From the IMG/VR virus record IMGVR_UViG_3300045988_164075: 64,000 nt of DNA; one strand, written 5' to 3'. The position numbers and the translations under genes are program-made. Below the pieces are notes generated by a model. That model was not told the DNA's origin. It ran no database searches and was given only the letters and a program-made list of their open reading frames with translations. Positions within the stretch are counted from its first letter, which is position 1. Each line of letters opens with the position of its first letter. This DNA comes from a virus. This document shows positions 1 through 12,100 of this stretch, piece after piece.

Positions 1-714
1 AAAAGCATTACTATTGATATTACAGATTATATTAAATTAACGGATTCATCTCAGAACTATATTACCACACTATTAGATGATCCGATTATATACGCTTATA
101 ATAGTCTAAAAGAAAGTTTAGATAAAGATCTATTTACATTTGCTAATATTAGTATAATTATTGAGAAATTATTTCCTAATAATACTGATATATCGGATCG
201 AGTTTCTAAAGCTTCTAAACAACTACGAGAGATTATTTATAAGCTAAATCATCCAAGTAGTATTGCAACATTATATGATAAAGGAAAACTTGATCGATAT
301 ATTACTACTCAACTAGAATTAGATAAATTAAGTGAAATACATCCGTCTTTACTTTGTTGTAATGCAGGATATTTTGCACCTGATGGAAAATATTATGGTT
401 TAAATGGAACTAAAGCAAATTTTTTACATATAAAGATTGCAGATTTACTTCAACAACAAGAGATTATTCCAAAGGATTGTAATACTCCAGATAGGTGGTT
501 AGAAGAACATGGATGGATTAAACAATCAGGTTCGATGTTGTTATATGGTGGGTATTTTTATAATATATCTATTACTAAAGAACAGATAACTTCTATAGAA
601 CGAATCCTTAGCCAAAGTTATAATTATATTGAACTTCAACATATTGAAAATTCAATTCCTGTAACAAGATTATCCGAGATAGAGGATATTCAATTACGAA
701 AACATTTTAGTTAA
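1..714 (+). CDS. hypothetical protein, 5'-partial (237 codons in window)
   Basis: Frame 1 is open from the window edge to TAA 712-714. It is absent from the ORF track only because no start codon lies in the window. Trp is encoded by TGG (DRWLEEHGWIKQ). The stop overlaps the next start (TAATG). Confidence 0.6.
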   Translation, partial: KSITIDITDYIKLTDSSQNYITTLLDDPIIYAYNSLKESLDKDLFTFANISIIIEKLFPNNTDISDRVSKASKQLREIIYKLNHPSSIATLYDKGKLDRYITTQLELDKLSEIHPSLLCCNAGYFAPDGKYYGLNGTKANFLHIKIADLLQQQEIIPKDCNTPDRWLEEHGWIKQSGSMLLYGGYFYNISITKEQITSIERILSQSYNYIELQHIENSIPVTRLSEIEDIQLRKHFS

Positions 715-1433
715 TGCAAAAAATAATCTCCGTTCAGGGGAACAAGTGAAGTGGTAAGGATACTGTAGCAAAAATGTTACAATATCTTCTTAGTACTCCT
801 AAAATATTACATAAATATGATTTATACTGTAGATTAAAATGATTTAAAAAAGATTATAAAATCGTACGTTATGCTGATAAAATGAAAGAAATGTTAGCAA
901 TATTATTAAATACAAACGTACAAAATTTTGAAGATAGAGAGTTTAAAGAGCAATATTATGTAGATTTTAATACGTTGCAGTTAATTCACGTTGATGAATC
1001 TAATATTAATGCTTTTAAAGATAAAATATTGTCAGATACAAGATTTACAAAAGAAATCAAACGTGTAAATCCAAATTTGACAAAAAACTATTTTCTATCT
1101 ATTAGACAAATATTACAATATTTTGGAACAGAAATTATGCGTTTTTATTTTGGAGATAGGTTATGAATTCTGTCTACTTTAAATAATAGAGGATCGAATA
1201 TTATTATTTCTGACCAAAGATTTATTATTGAAAATATTACTACATATAATTTAGGTGCTGTTATTATTCATATAACTCGACCTGGCTGTGAAAAAAGTTC
1301 TCATTCTTCTGAAACAGAATTAGATAAACTTTATCAAGATAAAGCCTATTCTTATTTAATTGAAAATAACGGAACATTGAGAGATTTATTTAATAATTGT
1401 AAAAAATTAGTTCAAGATGGCTTGTTCGATTAA
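714..1433 (+). CDS. P-loop dNMP-kinase-like protein, 239 aa, with three in-frame TGA (747, 840, 1164) read as Trp
   Basis: ATG 714 to TAA 1431-1433 with no TAA/TAG in frame. The N-terminus MQKIISVQGNK(W)SGKDTVAKML is a GxxxSGKDT-type P-loop. Later QILQYFGTEIMRFYFGDRL(W) and IIISDQRF resemble phage dNMP kinases (family recalled from memory). Track ORF 882..1166 is only the middle fragment. Confidence 0.6.
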
Positions 1434-1575
1434 AAGATGTCCTATTTGTGAATCAAATAAAATTTCTCATGAATATCAAGATGCAGTTTATGGGAAATAT
1501 ATACGTGTATTTAATCAAGGCACTAAAGTTGAGAAATGTACAGTTTGTAATAATGGTACTCCAAAACGAAAATAA
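1417..1575 (+). CDS. small zinc-ribbon protein (52 aa)
   Basis: ATG 1417 to TAA 1573-1575: MACSIKRCPICESNKISHEYQDAVYGKYIRVFNQGTKVEKCTVCNNGTPKRK. It has two CxxC pairs, is below the 60-aa track cut-off, and a terminator follows within ~15 nt. Confidence 0.45.
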   Translation: MACSIKRCPICESNKISHEYQDAVYGKYIRVFNQGTKVEKCTVCNNGTPKRK

Positions 1576-1587
1576 TAACATATAAAA

Positions 1588-1630
1588 TAAAAATACCCTA
1601 CATGCTTCGGCGTGTAGGGTATTTTTTTTA
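1588..1630. terminator. bidirectional intrinsic terminator at the convergence of plus- and minus-strand transcription
   Basis: A 13-bp stem ATACCCTACATGC/GCGTGTAGGGTAT closes a C(UUCG)G tetraloop (1593-1622). It is flanked by an A-run upstream and a T-run downstream, so a U-tract follows the hairpin on either strand. Confidence 0.75.
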
Positions 1631-4600
1631 AAATATAGATATAGATGTACCTAAACCTCGAAGTGCTCCAAAATTTTCAGTTACTCCTACTCATAATTCT
1701 CTATCTCCTGTTAGTACTTCTCCAACATTATTAAACATGTTTTTAAATATACTATATGCGGGAGGATTTAGATCTCCAATCATTCCACTTATAATATTTT
1801 GTACAGGACCATCTTGAAAAGATCCATAAAGAGCACTTGCAGTTCAACGTTTTATTCACGGTTCCTCTTTGATATCATCTCAAGAAAATAGAGCTTTTAC
1901 TAATAAACCTAATAATAACATAAGTAACATATCATGTAAGAAAAGGAATAGATTTGCTCTTTTTATATCGTCTTTTCATAGTTTATTAAACTCAGATGTA
2001 TTAAGAGTAGATAATGCTTTTAAATACGAAAACATAGACCACATTATTCCTTCCTGAGGTCTACCTACTCATTCATAGAAATATTCTCATTTATCTCCTT
2101 CTTTAAGTTCATTCTCAAGTATAATATCTACTATAGGCTGTCCATTTTCATCAAACGTAATTCGTCTTACAAATTTATTTCCATTTTCATCGACTGCTAT
2201 TTTATAACTCCCCTGATCATAGGTACCAGGCTTTAGTACTCATTGTTCTAGTTTTGCAGATATAAAAGTTCGGAATTGTAGAAAAAAAGATCCTAAAAAC
2301 ATGTGCTTTGCTAACATCTGAGTATTTTTATCGTAATGTCCAAAACACATATCTGCAAATGATTTAATACTAGCAGATTCTCTTGCTGTATAAGCTTTAG
2401 GCAAAGCGTCTCCATCTTTTAAGTTATATCCTTCTCTATTAAACTGTTCTAGCATCGTGATATATAAAGCATGTTGTTTACGGTATTCTTCGCTATTTAC
2501 GTTAGGATTAGCAGAATGTAATAAGCTGAAACGTTTATCCTTTTTAAAATCATATACTAATTCTTCATTAACAACACTGTGCGCATCAAAACATCCATCA
2601 TGCATCATCTTTGCAACTAATATTGTCATTCGATGTAACATATCAGGAGCTCTTGAAAACATATATAACTGATTACTATCAAAGTTTAATATTCCCATTT
2701 TACTTAAACTCATCTCTCGATGTAATTGATCAGCATCAGAATTTGCCATACCGTATTGTCAATTCATATACTCTAACAGTGTAATTTTTCCAATAGACTT
2801 TGGAGCTTCCTTTAATACTGTCGTCATTGCTTTAGTAAAATCTTTCATAGTAAATTGATCCTTACCATAAATTCCAGCAGCAGTTCTAGATAATCCAATT
2901 CAAATGCCCTGTAATGTTTCTCTAGTACCTGATTTAAGGTTAAATCCAAGTGTAGTAGCTGTTGCTACTTGTTTTAGCATAGCCATAAACTTATATGCTG
3001 GTTGAAGTCCCTCGTCCATTATAGGTTCGTTATAGATATTTAATTGAGTATACTTTTTTATAAATTCAATCAGATTATCTACCTTTTGACCATAAAAGAA
3101 TTCTTGACACAATAATCCAATTTTAAATCCTTGAATTAAAGGAAGAAATTTAGAACTTACCTCTTCTGTTACGTATACATGTAAATAACTTCTAATAAGA
3201 TCTTCAAGATTAGTTTCCATACTCTCTACACCTTCATCATTAAGTATCTTGTTACGTGTAGATTGATCAATTCTGAATTTATTATATACTTCTAAACTAT
3301 CTCGTTCATAATTAGTTTTTTCCTCCTCTTGAGCATTAAAAAGTTGTCTAAAATTAGTTGCTTCTTGATAACTAAATTTTAAAGCTTTTCATACTCCTCC
3401 TTGTTTAGCTTGAGATTGAAATGAACCAATCATTAATGGAACTTGATAATATTCTCCAGATGCTTTTGCCTCTTCAATCGCAGTCTCATTACCTCTAAAT
3501 TTAATTTCATTAACTATTTCTAGAAATGTTGAAACTAATTCTTTGTCTGCTCCTGTTAATTCTTCAGGATGTTTTAAAGAAAATTCTTTTGCGATTTTTC
3601 CATTAGCATCTTTAACAAATAGATCATCATAAAATCTAATTTCCCCTCCAAATGCTTTTATTTGATGATGTGCCTTATAAAAACGTTGAAATACTCCTTG
3701 AATTTTTTTATTTCATTTTAATTCTTCTTTACGAATCTGTTCCTCATGTAATGCAATCAATCTACCCATTTCTTGGATATTTTTTGAATCAGCATTACTA
3801 ATACTAGTTATATTGATTCCTAAACTTACTCCTCCTTTAAATCCAATTCAATTACTCGGGTCTTTTTCAATATAGTATCTGTATCCATTTAACTGATTTA
3901 ATGCTTTTAATAATAAACTGTACGATACTCATATTGGATCATTAGGATTAGGCTTTTCGTTTACTAATTTGCGATATTTATTACGTAGTGCTTTAATTCT
4001 ACTAAGCACTCATTCTTTTTTACTTTCTAAGGTATTTTCATCAGGACCTATAGTTCAATTCATTAATTTATTTCATTCTTCCTCTTGAATTAAGTCATTA
4101 ACTGTAAATAATACAGATTCTAATGTATTTAGAAAGTTATTTGATGATAAATTGTTTTTAATGTTTGCAATTCTACAAAGTCTACTAAAATTATCTAGTA
4201 AAGTTTCATTATATTCTTCTACTCCTTGTGAAGTTCAAATATTTAAACTTTTAATTCGGCTAATTTTAGTTCCAGAAATTAAATTACTGTACTCATTTAA
4301 GTAAATCATTACTTTCATTAAATCAATATTACCATTAGTAGCAGGTAAAACAGTCTTAGGATCAATACCTTTATCTGTTAGAAAAGTACCTAATATAGAT
4401 GTACCTTTAGCTAATTTAAGGGTTTGATTTAATTCATTATTAGTAATAGAAACAATCTCTGTAACTCCTTCTTTTTCAAAAATAAATATACCTAAATCGT
4501 TTAAAATACTATTTTTTCTAAATAGCCATTTTTGATCAATATACTGTTTAAAATGTTTTTCTAAAAATACATCTTTATTAACACTATCGTCTGGAGAAAG

Positions 4601-6073
4601 TTCGCTTGTTGTTATTTCCCCACGTATCGCAGCTTCAATTCGATCTGCTAATGTTGCTAGTTCTCCTGCTTTACGTTCATTAATTCTATTAATATATGAT
4701 AACAGTTCTTTTTCTAATTCAGATTCATTTTTAGCATAATATACTTTGCGATTATATTTATCTCAAAATTTATATATACCCTTAGCAGATTCTTCTGTAT
4801 TTTTTGGAATACGTTTTACAAAAGTTGGAGAGTTCCTATAATACTCGTATGTTGAATTAGTAGTTTGAACTTTTCTAGATAAGGTTACATCGGGGAATAG
4901 TGTATTAAATGGTTTGGCTATTTTATCAATTAAATCAATATTTGTATCTTCATTTGGACGAATTGGAACAATTTTCTTAACATTTTCGTAAATTTTTCCA
5001 CCAGGCTCCGTGCCTCTAGGATTTCTTACAATTTTTGTAGAATCAAAAATAATTTCATTTAAATTCTCTACTGTTAAACCATTAGTATTGTAAGATAAAT
5101 CTAATTGAATTGGAACTACATTTATATCTGCGGTTTTAATTCCATATTGTTCTAAAATCATCTTGTAGAAGGTCATTTGATATGATGCAGAAAGTTTTTT
5201 AGTACTATGTCAAGTATTATTTAACTTATTAATATCATTTCGCATCATATCTCAGTCTCCAACTCCTTTACGGGATACTTTGAAATCATATATATGCGCT
5301 ATTCCATTCTCATCTATAACTAACATATCGATTCGTCCGTTAATAGAATTAATTGGACTGTTATCTTCAATAACTTTCCCATTATTATCTATTAAATAAC
5401 GATTACCTTTACGATAATTTTCATTAAGTTCCCGAGATTTAACAGCTAATTCTGTAAATATTTTTGCTTCATTGCCGTATCTACGTTTTATATCAGCAAT
5501 AAATTCTTTAAATTCACTAACAAATTCTTCCTGCTGTTCTATACTAAATAAGGAACTTTTAAAATTAGATTCTCTGCCTTCAATAACAGCTTGTGCTAAA
5601 TTATGAATTTCTGTTCCATAATTAGTAAGTTGTTTTCAAGAAGTTTCTTCCTGTAATACTAAATCTTTAGCTGTACTTTCAGATAAACCCGTAGCTAATC
5701 ATTCTTTGATACGCTTTTCTCTTCAAGCTTTAATATTAAATGGAGTAATAATATGTTTACTTAAGTCAGTAGGATCTCCAAATTCAGTAATGGCTCTAGT
5801 AACAGAAATAGAATTAGGAATTTTTAATATAACTTCACTATCTCCATCTTCGTTAATACGGATATTTTCTACAGCACTTTCTTTATATTCTAATTTAGCA
5901 AAATTCAAGTTATTTAAAGTTGCTGCTTGTGGAGTAGTTGAAAATGTTCTATCTAATTTAACAGTAACATTTTTATCCGCATATTGTGATTTAAGAAAGG
6001 AGTCCAACTCAAAATCAGAGTTGAACGTCCTTTCCTTTCCATCTATATTAATTGTAAATATACATTTACTCAT
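1628..6073 (-). CDS. giant virion-operon protein, 1481 aa, with an N-terminal PD-(D/E)XK-nuclease-like motif and a hydrophobic C-terminal segment
   Basis: Same-frame fragments 5723..6073, 4763..5176, 2900..3220 and 2240..2749 are separated only by TGA. I walked every codon 1628-6073 and found no TAA/TAG. It starts ATG 6073 (MSKCIFTINIDGK) and ends TAA 1628-1630. Motif GRIDMLVIDENGIAHIYDFKVS lies at ~5270-5340, and LFLFLHDMLLMLLLGLLV near the C-terminus. Confidence 0.8.
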
Positions 6074-6155
6074 AGCAATCCTCTTTTATTGTTTTATCTG
6101 AAATTAAACTATTTTTAATAGTAGCTAATTTTTGATTCAATTTTATATATTCTAT

Positions 6156-9100
6156 ATTAACTAGATCTGTAAATCCTCCCGATATAATTCCACTACTAAA
6201 AGTTTCTAATAAATTTTCTAATGAAGAATTCATTAAACTTTGTATATTAATATCTCCTGTATTAATATCGAATACCTGATTAATTACAGTTTTAGTAATA
6301 TTGTCTGTATCAGTTAATAAATTATTCTCGGGTCATTCGTAAACCTTATTTTTAAAATATTCTCCTAATATTGTTGCAAATACTTCTTCGTCAAGATCAG
6401 ATCCATGTTTATTTGCATACATCGGATTACTTGCGATCTCGTTGTATTTTGGATGCGTAACAATACTAGATAATATATTATAATAAACCTCTGGACTATT
6501 CTCTTTAATTCCTGCTAATACTAAATGTGTAAACTCGTGTAATGGAGCAGTTATACTAGCTTTATCTATGTTAATAAATACAATTCCATCTTGTATAAAA
6601 GCTTCAGAGTTTCGAATAGATATATCGTCACTAGTATTTATATCATTATCTGTAATAACTTGTATTTGTGATTCAGGATATATATTTCTTAGTCGACTTG
6701 TTATTGCATTTAGAATTTCTGCTGAATTTAACTCTTGATGATAATAAGAAGTTGTCCTAGGTTTAATTTCAACCAGTTTGTTCTTAGCTAAATTTGCATT
6801 GTTACCTTCTAGAAATGGCATATTTAAAGTAAAATATGAAGTATCTATATTATGCAAATTAACTTCTTGTCTATTTACAGATATTATTCCAGCGTCATTA
6901 TCTCGTTCAATATTTAACTTTTTTGGATTATTAGTAACAATACCTAAACGATACTTAGCATCTCTAATATCATAATTAATAGATTTATTCATGGAATAAT
7001 CTAAATTTGATAAATATGAATAAAATTGAGTTGCTAATAAATTACTTGAATTAATTTTTGTAATATCTTCAAATAACCTCGTAAATGATCTTTGTCCAAA
7101 TGCATCTTTGTTCACAACTAAATTATATAAATAGAATAAATCGATAACGTTTCATCCATCAAACGTCTTTCCATTTAACAAGTTAAAATCGTGTAATATT
7201 GCTTCATACAATGTTTGATTTCTTAAAGACTTATCTATTTGCATCATATTTAGAGGTAACTTATAAAATACATTTGGTTTATCGGAGTATGGATTATTTA
7301 TAGTTCCTCATGTTAATAATTTAATAAATAAATTATTTGCAAAATTTGGATCAGATTTTAAAGTTGGAATAATATATTCGTCCATTAAACGTTTAAATGT
7401 TGCTATATTTTCAACATTATTTAGATTAATTTCAAATCCTTCAATAGAGTTTGTTTTAACTATTCCAAATTTATTTGCAAAATATTTTTGTCCAATAGGA
7501 ATGTGTATTGATCTATCTAGAGTTTGAATTCAATTATATATAAATACATCATTTATATATTTAGATAATTCTCTATATTCGATTGCATTTAATTTATTAT
7601 CTGGAGAAACTAGTTCGTTAGCTATTTTAGTTTCAAAATAATTTTTTGCTGCTAAACTATCAATTGCAGTTCTATCTAGATATAATACCTGAAACATTTC
7701 TTTGAAATGTGGAACTGTAGTAATAGCTTCCAATATATTAAATGTTGATTTAACTTTTTCGTATCTATTTATATATTCTTGCTGTTTTATAGGATCATTT
7801 AAGAATAGCATTAAATCAAAGTTAGGATTCTGATCAAATCGCTTATTAACAAAGGCTTCAATTCTTTTAATGTAATTATATTTATCAAAAGAACTAGTTC
7901 TGATACCTTGATTTATTCCTGCCATTGCTCCAAGAATAGATTGTTCCTCAGTTGCAGGTAATACTTTATTTACAATAAATCGCAGATTATCAATTTGTTC
8001 CTGTAAGTTAGGAGTATTATCTAGTTGAAGTTTTCTTGTTATAAAAGATTTAACTACTTTATATGCATTAATATAATCCTCTTTAGTTAATTTAATATTC
8101 AAATTAATATTTACTCCATCTTCAGACTCATCGAAGAATTCATCAAAGAATTCTTCAGAATAATCACTATATTCTGCGAATAGTTCTTCATCAACATCTT
8201 CACTTAGATAAGCAGATTTACGTTTAGGAATATTATTTAAGATATTATTTTCAAGTTCTTCTAACTTATTAGCATCGTTAATAACAGTTTCTCAAAAATA
8301 TTTCCTATCTACAAACGGCTCAATTAGTTTAAAGAAAGACGTTTCACTTAAATAAGGTAATATATGTTCTCCTAAATAAAAATTAATTGCAGATTCGATG
8401 GAAAATTTATACGTACTTTTATCAAATATATCTCCATCCGTAACCTTTACCACATAATTAAATATAGGGGAAGTCATTATATCTGCAATTTGATCGAATG
8501 ACATACCAGTTATCAACAAATGTGTATAAATATCTACGAACTTAGCACTTGCATTAATTTTTGCTAATATAAGCTCTTTAGCATTCAATGATGTTACAAA
8601 TATACCGTTTCCGTATATTTTCTTATAGTTTCCTATAAGTTCAGACTATATCTTCACATAAATGTGTCTCGCACTTCAGATTCACTTGAATCTTACGTTA
8701 AAATAACTAGTCGTTGCTCTTTTTTCCAAGTAATTGGAAACTTAGATCAGGATTGTCCAATCTTTAACCTTGTTACTATACATGAATAATTAATTCATCC
8801 ACAATATTATTACTAACATTGTTTAGTAGTTAAAGCTCTAAGGAGTTTCCCTGAATTCACGAGATTTTACACGGACATTATAAAAAATCTTGTATATATT
8901 TTAATTTATACAAAAATTTTATCTGCAGCGTTAAAAATTTCTATCCGTTGCTGCTGAAAGAAGAGCACTTATAGATAAAGAAGCATCAGATACATTTGCA
9001 GTATCTCTAAGTTGCTCTATTTGTTGTTTAATATTAAATACAGTTCCATTACTTAACGTAATAGTTTCAATTTGATTATCTTTTAAGAATTTTACAATAG

Positions 9101-12100
9101 GGTCTAGATTAATATTTGCTACAATTCCATGATTGTGTATTCGAGTAGTAAACATTAACCGATCAAGTAATTCTACGGCTTCATCATTCCTTCCTGTTTT
9201 TAATAGATCAATAAGTTCACGATATTTCGTATTGTAATAGTTAGAAAGTAAGAAATATACTTTAAGCGATACCGCAGTAATACCAATCACTTCTTTACCT
9301 ACCATATTTTGTTCTTGCATAACAAACTTACTTGCGGGATTATCAGAAGTTCTTAATTTTTCTTCTTTTCCTAATGCTGATTTCTGAGCAGCCTTTTGAG
9401 GATCATCCATATTAATAGGAATGTGTAGATTAATTTGATTCTTTGGATTTAAAACTACATCTAAAATTCCATCAACAACCCTATTTTTTAAACCCTCGTT
9501 TATTTGCTCTGTAGTAAGTTCTGTTTGTGCATGTTTATTTAAGTCTCTCAAAAATATATAGCGACTGTTTGGTTCTACCGATTCGTCAAATGCAATACTA
9601 TTGTAGTCTCCTTCTAAAATCGATTTAAATATTTTTAAATTTCCATTTAACAGTACATCATCTACTTCCTCTTTCGTTACATAATATCCATTTTCATTAT
9701 CAATAGTATAGTGTTTGTGATTTGGTAAAGGAAGTTGTCTAACTTCATTTAAATCATATGTATCTGCTAATCTTGAAGGATAATATAAAGTTCCATCGTT
9801 TTTAACAGAACATCCAAGTATATACTGTTTATCAATCATGGTGTTAGCTGTATATTTCTATACAGATCAGACTATATCTTATCTTAATATATTATTCATT
9901 AAGACCTCTCCATTTCCACTTTTTCAAGTGTACCTTCGACAGTATTTTCATCTGTCTCTTTTAATAACTTCATATATTTTTCACACTCTATTTTATCAGG
10001 AATTACCTTATACATCATATGGGGACACATATAAGGTTTAATTATTTCTATTAGCTTTCGTCCTTCTCTAGCGCAAAAACTAATTATATAAGATTGTTGT
10101 CGTTTATCAAAAACCTTTGTAGGATATAAATCTCACTCAGTATTAAAATATTTAATTATATCCTCAGCTTGTTCTAATTTGCAATAAGTAGATATAGTAA
10201 TATAAAATCCTGCATAAACTCTATCTCCATTTTTATTAATTCTAGAACGTCTTGATAACGAACCGTCGTCCATAATTCAAATTGCTAAACCTTGAGGACC
10301 AAGTCTTTTCAATAATTTACTATTATATTTTGTTCTTCCGTTTTCATACTCAACTCTTCGAAGAACTTTACAAAAATCTGATACAGAAGTTTGAAATCCG
10401 TATCTAGTTACTACTTTACCTTTAGAATAACCATTTACTTGTTCTCATTCTCTAAAAATACCTACTTTAACTCCATTATCCTTAAGTAGTTTTCATTTTC
10501 AGTAACAGTATTCTTTTTGTGCTTTGCAATGATTTATATTTAAATAACCTTTTGTATGTATATGTCCATCCCCAATAGACATAGCAATTATTAAATTTCT
10601 TCCTGTTTTATTTAAGCGTGTTTTTAATTGTTTCATACTATTAAAGTCGAATTATTAAGTTATTAATATTAGTCGTTGAACCTTCCATTTTTATATGGCT
10701 TGGCTGCTGATTGTCTTCGCCATAACGCGGTCAGAGTTTCCAGCAATTAAAAGAGTTTTAATACGACATGATAAGTTTATCGTAATCGGAGCCTTCCATT
10801 CACGTAACTACTTTAGCTACATAAACATCATTTACTTCACTATCTGTAAATATTACAATCTCCATAGGAGCAAATGACTGCATTGATTGTGACGGTATGC
10901 GAGTACCTACATGAAGTAAAGACTTTTCAAATGCTTCATATTGATTAAACGCTAATTGTTTTATTCTTTGATTAAAGTTATATATTTCATTTTGATTTAA
11001 ACTTACGTAACTAATATCTGCTGTTGGATTGATTTTAGCTTCATGTAAGTTTCCTTCACTATCTCTAGTATGTAAAGCAATAGGAATATTATTTTCTATA
11101 TTGTAACGAAATTGATAAGGTAATAATTTTTTAGTATTTTCGCTAGTATAATTAAATTGATATGTATTAATTAATCCTGATTTTCTTAATTCACCTAATC
11201 GATCTATAGAATTTATAATAATTAAATCATGAACATTTCCATTTGTATCCGTATACTTATAAAATTGTTTCTCATCATTTGTTGAAAATTCTTTTTCATT
11301 ATAGTATACAATATTATCAATAATTTTAAAATCAGGATTTGGAGTAATACTACCTGTAAATGCTTTTGGAACTTCTTCTGTTCTTAAAACTTTTACATAG
11401 AATTGTTTTCCTGTTCCATCAAATAATACAATATCATATGTTAATTTATCTGGATTTCCAATGTTATAGTTACTTTGCATTCGATTATAAAAGAAATTTT
11501 CTTTTTCTTGTCTAATCTGAGCAATAGAGTCTCCTTTTTGCAATCCAAATTGTTGAGCTTGCCTTTTCCCCATTACAATTTGAGTTGGAGTAACATTAAC
11601 ATTAGATACTTTAACAACTCTAACATTTGGATTAGTAATACCAAAAGCAGTATTATTAATAATAGATTGATTGTCAGCTAAACTATTTAGTTGTAATTGT
11701 ATCTTTTGTTGTAAATCAGATAATAGACTATCTATGTTTAACGGTATATTATCGATTGGATGTAAACCTAATGCAGATGATAGTAATGTTTTTTCATACT
11801 CTGTTAAATCCTCCCAGTTCTTTAATTGTTTTCTACGAGAACTTAAATAATAAGATGCTCTTACTGCATCTAAGTCATATATACTAAAACGTTTATTTAT
11901 TTCATTTCCAAATCCATCTAAGCCTACAACTACATCAAAAAATGTATTTGACTGTTTTAGATTTTTAGGTTTAATTGTTCAGTTATAGTATTGTTGTCCT
12001 AAAGTTGCTTGGTGCTTATATAAATCATATTTTTCTAAGGAATCGATTTTAATAACAGTAGGATTATCTTCTTCATTAAATATTACAATTGTATCTTCGA

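Noticed and set aside
730-800. A 12-bp imperfect hairpin (GATACTGTAGCA-AAAA-TGTTACAATATC, ~759-786) could be a tRNA-like element or a terminator downstream of the first gene.
   Set aside because: It lies inside the frame of the kinase-like CDS (714..1433). There is no cloverleaf, T-loop or U-tract.
9838-10877. Plus-strand track ORFs 9838..10041 and 10695..10877 could be genes.
   Set aside because: They lie antisense to the LAGLIDADG ORF and to the intron P/Q/R core respectively, so they are explained by the intron.
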